A stretch of 64,000 nucleotides of DNA from Nitrospirota bacterium (GTDB taxonomy: Bacteria; Nitrospirota; UBA9217), in the NCBI GenBank assembly GCA_963663225.1, contig OY760142.1, positions 800,001 to 864,000 of the forward strand. Direction: 5' to 3'. Both the position numbers and the translations under genes were made by a program. The notes below the pieces were generated by a model that was not told the DNA's origin, searched no databases, and saw only the letters and a list, made by a program, of their open reading frames with translations. Positions 9,200-17,444 of the stretch are shown here, one piece after another (within the stretch, counting starts at the first letter, position 1; each line of letters begins with the position of its first letter).

Positions 9200-10816
9200 C
9201 TACTTCTGGTCCTTTTCCGCAATAAACCATTCATCCGCAAAGGAGAAAAACTTGTACGGGTGTATGGCAACATGCCGCACCTTATTGTGGTACGCCGCAT
9301 AATTCGTAAGCGTCCAGAGGAAGGTATAGGTGTTTTCGTCGGCAAGAATGGAATGAAGCCGCCGGTTGATCGTCCTCCGCTTCTCATGATCGAGGGTAAG
9401 TTTGCTCTCGTTGATCAGGCCGTCAACCTCCGGATTGGAGTACCCGATGAAATTGTTTTTCCACGGGCCAATTTCTCCGGAATGGAACAGCGACGAGATG
9501 TCCGCGGAATCATCAAAAACCCAGGAAGCAAAAACAATGTCGAAGTCATGCTCCAGGAACACGTCCTCCTTCCATGCCTGCCATTCCTTGAATCCCACCT
9601 GGACATCAACGCCGATGTTTTTAAGGTAATTTCTGAAGGCAAGCACTACCCGTTTCACTGCTTCGCTCTCTTTCTCAATCGGGACTTTCAGCGTCAAGAC
9701 AAGTTTTTTCCCGTCTTTCTGCATGATCCCGTCCGGACCGGGAGCAAACCCTGCTTCCCGGAGAAGCGATTTCGCCTTTTCAGGATTGAAGGGAAACGGC
9801 TGTACTTCAAGGTTGTATGCCCAGCTGCCGGGCGCAAAGGGACCGGAAATGATTGTCCCCTGGCCGTTGAAAAATGAATCGAGCATTTCCTGCCTGTTCA
9901 CTGCATACGTAAAGGCCTGCCGGACGCGTTTGTCCGCGAGCAGTTGGTTCCGGACATTGTAGCCGAAAAACGAATACGAAAGCGCATTGTACGGTTGCAG
10001 AACAAAACGCTTATCGCCCTGTACCTCGGGAATATCGCGGGGATTCACCAGTACGATCATGTCGATGGCATTGAACATGAGGGCCTGGGTCATGATATTC
10101 TGGTCCGCAAACGGCTTTGCAATAAACTTGTCGAGGTGCGGCCGTCCCTTGAAATAATTGTCGTTCGCCACAAGTATGATTTCCCGGTCCGGCGTAATGT
10201 TCTTGAGAATATACGGCCCGGTGCCGATAGGGTGCTGGACAAAGGGGTCTTCCCTCGTGAGGAAAACAGGGTTGGCCGGTCCATGCCGGGGTATTATTTT
10301 GAAGCTGAATTTGGCAAGCGCATTCAGGATCGGCCGCTTCAGAGTAAAACGGACCGTGTAATCATCCAGCTTTTCGACGGTATCGATGAACTCATACCGG
10401 ACCTTGAGCGGCGTGATGGTCCTCGGATGCATCATGATTTTATAGGTAAAAATCACGTCGTCCGCGCTGAACGCTCTTGGCTCTTCTCCATCGCGTGCAT
10501 GCCAGGTCACTCCTTTCCGGAGAGCAAAAGTATAGGTGCGTCCGTCTTTTGACTGTTCCCACCGTTCGGCAAGCTCCGGGACAATTTCCTGTTTTTCATT
10601 GATGCCGACCAGACCGTTGAAAACCAGCTCGGTGATGCGCAAGGAAATCATTTCATTGCTCGTGACGGGATCAAGTGTGGCAGGCCGCCCGTATTCACCG
10701 TAGCTCAGCATGCCGCCATCAGGCCTGTTGTCTTTTTTACGAGCTGCGTCTGCAAATGGCGCAGCCACAAGAGACACCACAACCAGCAAAAGCACAACAA
10801 TAGGAATTCTTTTCAT
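9200..10816 (-). CDS. periplasmic substrate-binding protein, family 5 (OppA/DppA/AppA-like)
   Basis: Signal peptide MKRIPIVV...ADA; TLDP, PELAERWE, PIGTGPY, NYFKG, YSNPEVD motifs; AGGAGG RBS. Confidence 0.93.
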   Translation of the reverse strand: MKRIPIVVLLLVVVSLVAAPFADAARKKDNRPDGGMLSYGEYGRPATLDPVTSNEMISLRITELVFNGLVGINEKQEIVPELAERWEQSKDGRTYTFALRKGVTWHARDGEEPRAFSADDVIFTYKIMMHPRTITPLKVRYEFIDTVEKLDDYTVRFTLKRPILNALAKFSFKIIPRHGPANPVFLTREDPFVQHPIGTGPYILKNITPDREIILVANDNYFKGRPHLDKFIAKPFADQNIMTQALMFNAIDMIVLVNPRDIPEVQGDKRFVLQPYNALSYSFFGYNVRNQLLADKRVRQAFTYAVNRQEMLDSFFNGQGTIISGPFAPGSWAYNLEVQPFPFNPEKAKSLLREAGFAPGPDGIMQKDGKKLVLTLKVPIEKESEAVKRVVLAFRNYLKNIGVDVQVGFKEWQAWKEDVFLEHDFDIVFASWVFDDSADISSLFHSGEIGPWKNNFIGYSNPEVDGLINESKLTLDHEKRRTINRRLHSILADENTYTFLWTLTNYAAYHNKVRHVAIHPYKFFSFADEWFIAEKDQK

Positions 10817-10888
10817 AGGTCCTCCTTGCCATATCCGGGTTTGCAACGCATGTGATGTGTGCGGCCGCAAACCAAAATCCGTTCTGCG

Positions 10889-12376
10889 TTAAAAAATTTT
10901 TACATCTCCTGCGCTCTGCTGTTCTATTGCATATACACCCTGCATTGCTTCCTGTATCTGCCGGACGGCGGGAAACTGTTTGCTCATCTCGAAATAAATC
11001 TCGATTGCCTCTGAAAATTTTTTGCTCCGGTAATACAGTCCGGCCAGATCCGCAAGCATCAGCGGGTCGTTCGACTCAATCTTGTTCTTGTTGCTTTTAT
11101 CCCTGCCCATTTCCATGGAGAACAAAGCCTTTCCCCGGTTTTTCTTCGCAAGAGCGTATCTGCCGAGCCCGAAGTGCAGGATGGAAAACTTTTTGCCCTG
11201 ACCGGCCGCGGCGATGGATTCCGCGCGCTTCGAAACTGCACCGCATTCTGCTTTTGCCCGCGCACAGGCAAACAGTATCTCTCCCAGAAGGTCCGGGTCT
11301 GCCGGCTGCTTCTGCGAAAGACCGGTCCATACCTTCAATGCTCCGGCCTGATTGCCTTGCAGATATTCATGCGCCGCCTGCTGTGCCCGTATCCGGTCCT
11401 TATAATGCTGCGACATGCGCGAGGTAGCGATAAAAGATGCTGCAACCTCAGCCGACTGTTCTTCGCTCCCTGCAAAAGAATACGCGGCGGCAAGATAGTA
11501 TTCAGCCGCGTCTTTTACCGCTCCGTTGGCGGCGGCTTTTTCGAGCGAAGCTATGCTTGCCTGGCCATAGAGAACCGACATGGCATCGAGAAGTCCGGGA
11601 TCGTAAAAAAAGAGGACTTTCAATTTTCCGAGCACCTCTTTGTGAGAAGGCTCCTTTCCATCAACGCGTCTGAGCAGTGCAAGCCCCTTGTCGATCAGTC
11701 CTGCTTCGTTGTAAACAGACAGACAGTTCTTCACCATCCGGACCAGCGCCGGTTTCCCGGTTTTCTTTACGTCTGCAAGGCTGCCGTCGCACAAGGCAAC
11801 GGGGTCTTTCTCTGCAAAGTTAATTCTGCTGTACGCTGCGGCAAGCTCGGACCGTACTTCCGGGGAGGCGGAATCTATGCCGTTCCAGATGCGCTCCGCT
11901 TCCTGCCCGTTGTCGTTCAGGTAATGGCAGAGGCCCAGATTCACTTCAGCGATCGAACGATGCAACTGACTGATTTTTTTGTCGGCAATGAATCGTTCCA
12001 GAAAGGACACAGCATCAGCAGGTTTTTCCGACTCGATAAGCAGCTGCCCTCTATACAGGTCCGCGAAGCGGCTTCTGGCCGACCCTTTTGACGCGGACAG
12101 TTTTTTGAGATAATCCTGCGTCGCGGCAAGCGATTCTTCGTAGAACGCCCGGTACAGTTCGGCGTTTTTCAGGTAGATCATGCCGAGGGTCAGGTTCGCC
12201 GCCCCCTGCCGGGACGGATCAAGTGAAGTAATCTCTGTTCGAAGATTCAAAGCTGCGTCTTCATAATGCCGCTGTTCATAAAGCTTCATCGCACGCGCAA
12301 CTGCGTCGTCGGCGGCGGCAGGTACGGCTGACGGAATGCTCAGAAAGAGTATGATGGAAAAAAGAATTCGCTTCAT
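10889..12376 (-). CDS. exported TPR-repeat protein
   Basis: Sec signal peptide; helical A/L/Y/G-patterned repeats (ANLTLGMIYLK, AEVNLGLCHYL, AEYYLAAAY, LADLAGLYY). Confidence 0.75.
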   Translation of the reverse strand: MKRILFSIILFLSIPSAVPAAADDAVARAMKLYEQRHYEDAALNLRTEITSLDPSRQGAANLTLGMIYLKNAELYRAFYEESLAATQDYLKKLSASKGSARSRFADLYRGQLLIESEKPADAVSFLERFIADKKISQLHRSIAEVNLGLCHYLNDNGQEAERIWNGIDSASPEVRSELAAAYSRINFAEKDPVALCDGSLADVKKTGKPALVRMVKNCLSVYNEAGLIDKGLALLRRVDGKEPSHKEVLGKLKVLFFYDPGLLDAMSVLYGQASIASLEKAAANGAVKDAAEYYLAAAYSFAGSEEQSAEVAASFIATSRMSQHYKDRIRAQQAAHEYLQGNQAGALKVWTGLSQKQPADPDLLGEILFACARAKAECGAVSKRAESIAAAGQGKKFSILHFGLGRYALAKKNRGKALFSMEMGRDKSNKNKIESNDPLMLADLAGLYYRSKKFSEAIEIYFEMSKQFPAVRQIQEAMQGVYAIEQQSAGDVKIF

Positions 12377-12412
12377 CGGATGTCCTTGCCAAACGGTGCA
12401 GATTTTTCACCG

Positions 12413-13729
12413 TTATTGCTTCAGTTTCATGAGAAAAATCTGGTCCCATTGATTGACCTGGGCGCGATATGCTATCACGCCGTCTGAAGAGCAGGTGATA
12501 TCATGGTTCATTTTGGTGCCCGTTTTTACCAGACGGCTCGTCTTCTCTTTGATGTTCACGATATAGATGGGATTGAATCCGACCCGGTCGTTTTTTACGT
12601 ATACAATTTGCGCGCTGTCAGGCATCCACGCGGGCCCGCGTTCCACGTCAGGAATAATGTCCTGGGCGACCACTTTTGCGGCAAGCCCGTCTCCTGCAGG
12701 AGAATCTGACCCGTCGGCAGCAATAACCATCAGGGACCATATCTTGGGGTCTCCGGCAGGATTGACATTTGAGTAAAACGCTATCTTCTTCCCGTCAGGC
12801 GACCACATCGGCCGCAAGTCGTCGTAGGTCCACGTGGTGAGCGCTTTCAGCGTCTCAACAGGTTTGGTCACGTCGCCGATCAGATAGATGTCATGGTTTT
12901 CATTGCTGCCGTGCATCACAGCGATTCTTTTTCCGTCCGGGGACCATTGCGGGTAGAGATACGGTTTTCCTCCCCTGGTCAGCCGTGTCAGCCCGCGGGT
13001 TGCGGTATCCAGAAGATACACATCGCCCTTGCCGGTTCTGCCTGATACGAAAACGATTGAATCAGCAACCGGCGACCAGTGCGCATGGCCGTTTTTCTCC
13101 TTGTGATTGGTAAGCCGGGTTGTTGTCGCCGTCGGCATGCTGCTGATGTCCTTCAAATAAAGATCGTAATTCCCCTCGCCGCCGTTGCTCATAAAAACAA
13201 CACGGTTTCCCTGCGGAGACCACGAAAGACCTGCGTTATAACTCACTTCCTCATAGACACCTGGGAAAAAGAACTTTTCTTCCCTGCGGTTTTCGGATAG
13301 CTGGAAATAAAGGGTCTGAACTATTGATCCGTCGGGACGGGCGATAATAATCTCTTTTTTATCGCCGCTGCTCCGTTCAAACGCAATCAGGGTTCCCTGC
13401 CGGGACCATACCGGATTTGAATCATTTCTCCCTGTTTCAATCTGAACAAGCGGTTTCACAAAAAGCGGTTCAATAATTGCGTTCGTGCGTTCTTCCGTGT
13501 TATCCCCTGTCGCTGTAGGGCGGGACTCAACAGCAGAATCCGGGCCCAACCGCGCCGCATCTTCGACGTCCTGGTCTTCCGCCTCCTGCTCAGTGAATTC
13601 GGTTTCCGATGGAGCTGCCGGCAGGTCTCCGCCGGCGACCGCCCGTAAGCCTCCCAGAAGAAACATCACCGCAAACAAAAGACAATGGTATCGGGTTGCT
13701 GTTTTCACCAAAGCGTCTCCCGCAATCAA
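12413..13729 (-). CDS. TolB-like beta-propeller (PD40 repeats), exported
   Basis: Repeated PxWSPDGxxIAF motifs (PVWSRQG, SWSPQG, HWSPVAD, PQWSPDG, PMWSPDG, PAWMPDS); hydrophobic signal segment then acidic linker; start uncertain. Confidence 0.85.
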   Translation of the reverse strand: MIAGDALVKTATRYHCLLFAVMFLLGGLRAVAGGDLPAAPSETEFTEQEAEDQDVEDAARLGPDSAVESRPTATGDNTEERTNAIIEPLFVKPLVQIETGRNDSNPVWSRQGTLIAFERSSGDKKEIIIARPDGSIVQTLYFQLSENRREEKFFFPGVYEEVSYNAGLSWSPQGNRVVFMSNGGEGNYDLYLKDISSMPTATTTRLTNHKEKNGHAHWSPVADSIVFVSGRTGKGDVYLLDTATRGLTRLTRGGKPYLYPQWSPDGKRIAVMHGSNENHDIYLIGDVTKPVETLKALTTWTYDDLRPMWSPDGKKIAFYSNVNPAGDPKIWSLMVIAADGSDSPAGDGLAAKVVAQDIIPDVERGPAWMPDSAQIVYVKNDRVGFNPIYIVNIKEKTSRLVKTGTKMNHDITCSSDGVIAYRAQVNQWDQIFLMKLKQ

Positions 13730-16296
13730 AGATTTTTAATCTGCTCCCAATATTTCTGCGCCGTATCCCGGCTTTGCTCGAACGTACTGTTTCCCTCCAG
13801 CTTTTTCGGGAAAAAGTCAAAGTACTCCCGCCAGGCAAGGTTAGCACTGTTCAGCAACGCCGGTTTCCGGGTCATCAGATAGAGTTTGTGGTATGACAGC
13901 GCAAGATAGTAATAGGTATCATGCACGGCCTCGTCATACTGGATATTCGGAAAAAATCTTGTGTTCTGTTTTGCCGTCTGAAGATGCTGGATCGCTTTTC
14001 CGAAGGCCTGTGCCGCTGCATCCCTATTGGTTTGAACGAGCCCGCTTCCCTTTTCATAGTACGCGTGTCCCAGGTTCGTGTAAGTCACCGCATACTGTTT
14101 ATACAGAAGTTCCCGGTTCTCGGGCAGTGAAAGCACATTTTCAAATTCACGGATCGCGCCATCGTAATCACCTTTCTGATCGAGGTAAATCTGTGCCAGG
14201 CGGCTGTGGGCCTGGGAATAATCCGGATGCCCTTTTTCCGTGCTCTGGTAAGCACGGACCGCCCCCTCCACATCACCCTTTTGTTCCGCCCGCTCGCCGA
14301 TCTTCAGGTAATCTTTTTGCAAAACAATCCGCCGGTCACCTGTCCTGTTTTCTTCTTTTTGGGCAAACTCGATGATCTCTTCCCAATCACGGTAATCACC
14401 ACCGGCAGAAATTCTGACCGTATGGAATCCGAGTCCCACAAGTTTTCCTGCGCTGAGAGGCGTGGTACCGATTTTTTCTCCGTCAATGTATACGTCCGCG
14501 GAAGACGGCTGGGACTCTACTTTGAACAGCGAATTGTTCACCTGTAGAACATATTCTTTCAAATCCTTGTTCTTTTCTATTTTGACCTGGCCCTTGATCT
14601 GCTGATAACCATGCCGGTACAGAATAATATCGTATTTTTTCCCCACGCGGATCGGGATCTCTGCTCTGCCGTCAGCACCCGTGGAGCCAACCCATTCCTC
14701 ATTCAGGTAAACGTTCACACCACCCAGAGGGGCCACATCCGGAGAAACACCGCCTTTGGCAGACAGAACAAAGTAATTCTGCGCCGCTTCCTGCTCTTCC
14801 CGGTAAATGCGCCTGACCACCCGGTCTCCAATGGCAATTTTTTCATCTTTTCTCAGGTCCTCAACTTCAACCCAGGCCCCCGAGTCTTCCGCCTTCTTTA
14901 CTCTGATCTTTCCGATATCACGATAGCTCGATATCTTGCCGCTTTCATCAAACCGGGGGGTCATGAGCGAAAATTCCATCCCCCTGCTGATCCGGTAGCC
15001 CTGTTTTCCAAGATTGATGCGATAGCGGTCTTCTTCCTTCGACAGCACAGTCCCTTCAAAGGGAAACCGCTCCATGATATTCGTTGCGATCTCTTTCGCC
15101 GCGCCATTGATATCACCGGCACCTGATGCCCTGTTCAGCTGACTCAGAATCAATTTTCCCCCGGATGTATAAAACTTCGTTTCTATGAGAAACCCTTTGT
15201 CATCCTTTGCCACACTGCCCATGATAATCATGTCAACGGTTCTGCGAAGCGGAGTGTCGCGCCATCCCTTTGTAGTCGCTTTTTCGATCCCAAGTTTTGC
15301 CTGTTTCATTTCAGTCTGCAGTGTTTTCGTCGGCACTTCTCTAAAACAGGCGTTTTTGAATATCTGATTTGCCACGGAATGCTCCGTCTGCACAAGAATA
15401 TCTTTCATATCCGCTCCGGGAGTATTGCCTACAAAGCGGTAGATCCCGGCCCTGATCGGCTTGGGCTTCGTCGGGTAGAAATAGCGCGGGAGAGCCACCT
15501 CGCCTTCGAGCGTAATGCTCCCCTTCCAAGTGGCGGGAATATATCCGGGCGCGGACATCTGAATCTGGGCTTTCTTGCCGGGTTCTCCATTATATGTATA
15601 TACAAGGACTCCCTTGGAATCCGTACTGCCTGCGGACTTGTTGTCAATGCTGACGGCAACGCCGGGGATGCCGCTCGACAGCCCATACTCCTCCATCAGC
15701 GCGCTGATGGTAACCTGAACGCGCCTGGCAAGTGCCACTTCAAGCCTCTGGCCCGGCTCTGTTCTGCTTGTTTTGCGCCAGGTGGAATATCCCGACTTCG
15801 AAACCGTGATGTCCAATCCTGCTTTCGGCATTTCCTTATACTCGTAGATGAACTCACCTTTTGCGTCCGTTTTTCCCTGTTCCTTTCCTGATGCCGCAAC
15901 GGCTGCATCCTTCACGGGCGCGCCTTTTTCCGTAACAACGATCGTAATGTATCGCGTGGCTTCGAGATCTGCGTCAAAGGAATATTTGTCTACGGTCCCT
16001 TCTTTGGGCAGTTTCATAAGAAACGTGGTTTTCCAGGGCTTGACCCGGTATCCGGGCATTTCCTTGACCACGGCTACTTCTACTTCGGCCCCCGGTTTCT
16101 TTTTTATTATTTTGGAAAAATTACCGTTCGAATCGGCAAGACCTTCTTCCTTGCCGTCGACAGTTATTCTTGCTTGCGCCGCAGGCTGGCCGTCCAGACG
16201 GGCCTTTACCTGCAGATCGAGCTTTTCCCCGGCGCAGCCGAACAGCAGAACTGACGCCATAATAATTAGGCTTGAGCAAATAATGCGTTTTGCCAT
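13726..16296 (-). CDS. large multidomain lipoprotein (Ig/prealbumin-like repeats, CsgG/FlgT-like module, PEGA, TPR)
   Basis: Lipobox LLFG|C; repeated GxTDxxGxF beta modules; PEGA motif VESQPSSADVYIDGEKIGTTP; C-terminal TPRs. Confidence 0.8.
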   Translation of the reverse strand: MAKRIICSSLIIMASVLLFGCAGEKLDLQVKARLDGQPAAQARITVDGKEEGLADSNGNFSKIIKKKPGAEVEVAVVKEMPGYRVKPWKTTFLMKLPKEGTVDKYSFDADLEATRYITIVVTEKGAPVKDAAVAASGKEQGKTDAKGEFIYEYKEMPKAGLDITVSKSGYSTWRKTSRTEPGQRLEVALARRVQVTISALMEEYGLSSGIPGVAVSIDNKSAGSTDSKGVLVYTYNGEPGKKAQIQMSAPGYIPATWKGSITLEGEVALPRYFYPTKPKPIRAGIYRFVGNTPGADMKDILVQTEHSVANQIFKNACFREVPTKTLQTEMKQAKLGIEKATTKGWRDTPLRRTVDMIIMGSVAKDDKGFLIETKFYTSGGKLILSQLNRASGAGDINGAAKEIATNIMERFPFEGTVLSKEEDRYRINLGKQGYRISRGMEFSLMTPRFDESGKISSYRDIGKIRVKKAEDSGAWVEVEDLRKDEKIAIGDRVVRRIYREEQEAAQNYFVLSAKGGVSPDVAPLGGVNVYLNEEWVGSTGADGRAEIPIRVGKKYDIILYRHGYQQIKGQVKIEKNKDLKEYVLQVNNSLFKVESQPSSADVYIDGEKIGTTPLSAGKLVGLGFHTVRISAGGDYRDWEEIIEFAQKEENRTGDRRIVLQKDYLKIGERAEQKGDVEGAVRAYQSTEKGHPDYSQAHSRLAQIYLDQKGDYDGAIREFENVLSLPENRELLYKQYAVTYTNLGHAYYEKGSGLVQTNRDAAAQAFGKAIQHLQTAKQNTRFFPNIQYDEAVHDTYYYLALSYHKLYLMTRKPALLNSANLAWREYFDFFPKKLEGNSTFEQSRDTAQKYWEQIKNL

Positions 16297-16409
16297 AATC
16301 AGAGACCTCCTTGAAAACCACCGGATACGCTCGGCATTCGTCTTGCGAAAAAACTATCGCGTTCTATCAAAGTACCTGCGTTAAGCAGAAAACATGTGAA
16401 AAAGGCTGC

Positions 16410-16859
16410 TTACATCGTTGGGGGCTGGATGTTTACCTCGCCGGGATTTACAATTTTGTCTTCATCGGATTTTGAACCTTCTATGCTTTTCCGTTTCCCT
16501 TCAGCGATTTTCTTTATTTTAAATTCCACCTTCTTGCCGCCGAATCTTCCTACTTCCACGGACCGTGTTTCAGTCATATAGCCGATCCTGCTCGCTTCCA
16601 CCTTGTATACTCCCGGAATAATAAAGTCCTTCAGAGACTCAAACTTGCCTTCTGCGTCCACGACAACGGCCTGCGATGCCTTTTCGAGCGTGGTCGTGGT
16701 GTTGATCATGTTCACAACAGATCCCTGCGGACTTTCCTTGGCAGGAGGAATAGGTTGCAGGTTTGCGTCCACAAGCTCGACCGTTCCATATATTTTCGGT
16801 GCACAGGCACCCAGCGTGATCCCCAGAACCGCCAGTAAAATATACTTTGTGCATTTCAT
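16410..16859 (-). CDS. small lipoprotein with carboxypeptidase-regulatory-like (prealbumin) domain
   Basis: Lipobox TLGA|C; VDAEGKF...PGVYKVEASRIGY motif; AGGAGG RBS. Confidence 0.8.
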   Translation of the reverse strand: MKCTKYILLAVLGITLGACAPKIYGTVELVDANLQPIPPAKESPQGSVVNMINTTTTLEKASQAVVVDAEGKFESLKDFIIPGVYKVEASRIGYMTETRSVEVGRFGGKKVEFKIKKIAEGKRKSIEGSKSDEDKIVNPGEVNIQPPTM

Positions 16860-16936
16860 ATTCCCGCCTCCTCCTGACCCGTGCGTAAGATTCATTCTTT
16901 GATTCTAATACCGAAGCAACTTGCTGCCGCAATCGC

Positions 16937-16979
16937 AAAAAAAAAACCGCCAAAGAGAACAGATTATGTTCTTTGGCGG
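16937..16979 (-). terminator. intrinsic terminator forming the riboswitch expression platform
   Basis: Minus strand CCGCCAAAG-AACAUAAUCUGUUCU-CUUUGGCGG followed by U10; its 5' arm overlaps the aptamer P1 3' strand. Confidence 0.9.
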
Positions 16980-17107
16980 CTCGACTAGCATATAAAACAA
17001 TTACTGCGACTCTGCTGATGCTTTTGGTGTACGACAAGTCGCCGGTGTTTTAGTTAGCTTCGTGGCTCTGCGCCCTCCGGTTTCCCGGGGTTTGCTCTGA
17101 GCAAAGA
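16970..17107 (-). ncRNA. GEMM-I (c-di-GMP-I class) riboswitch, A20 variant, predicted 3',3'-cGAMP sensor
   Basis: Minus strand UCUUUG-CUCAG-A-GCAAACC-CCGG-GAAA-CCGG-AGGGCGC-AGAGCCACGAAGCUAA...AUGCUAGUCGAGCCGC-CAAAGA. Shows P1, P2 with GAAA tetraloop, CUAA/AUG receptor in P3, A47, C92 and A at position 20 (nt 17096). Confidence 0.88.
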
Positions 17108-17148
17108 CGTATTATTTATGAATCGTGTTTCTACGTCCAATTTATTGC

Positions 17149-17177
17149 AATCTAACATGTCATCTGTCCCTTGTCAA
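17149..17177 (-). promoter_or_regulatory. sigma70 promoter of the riboswitch-led operon
   Basis: TTGACA-17 bp-TAGATT with TG extension, about 40 nt upstream of the aptamer. Confidence 0.75.
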
Positions 17178-17361
17178 GAAAATGGATAAACATTATTTTT
17201 GTTAGCCAGCCCGGTGATGCACTTTTAATTCCAAAACGTTTTCAACTGTGTGACCGGGCTCACAAAACAGACATTTTTTCTCCTCCGAAAGCAATAATTT
17301 TTTATGAGGAACCTTTTTCACCTTTGTTCCGCATCAGGCAGCTGGACCATAATAAATGTTT

Positions 17362-17389
17362 TTGACACAAATACAGAATCTGATAGAAT
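17362..17389 (+). promoter_or_regulatory. sigma70 promoter of the K+ channel gene
   Basis: TTGACA-16 bp-TAGAAT with TG extension. Confidence 0.65.
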
Positions 17390-17444
17390 AAAGCACTTTT
17401 GTTTTCCGGTGCCGCAAGGAAACAAAACACGCCACAAAAAACTT

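Noticed and set aside
12413-13729. Calling the propeller gene tolB of a Tol-Pal system
   Set aside because: No tolQRA or pal nearby and no evident TolB N-terminal domain.
16639-17037. 132-aa ORF spanning the operon leader
   Set aside because: It runs through the riboswitch and terminator with a TTG start and no clear RBS; better explained as non-coding leader.
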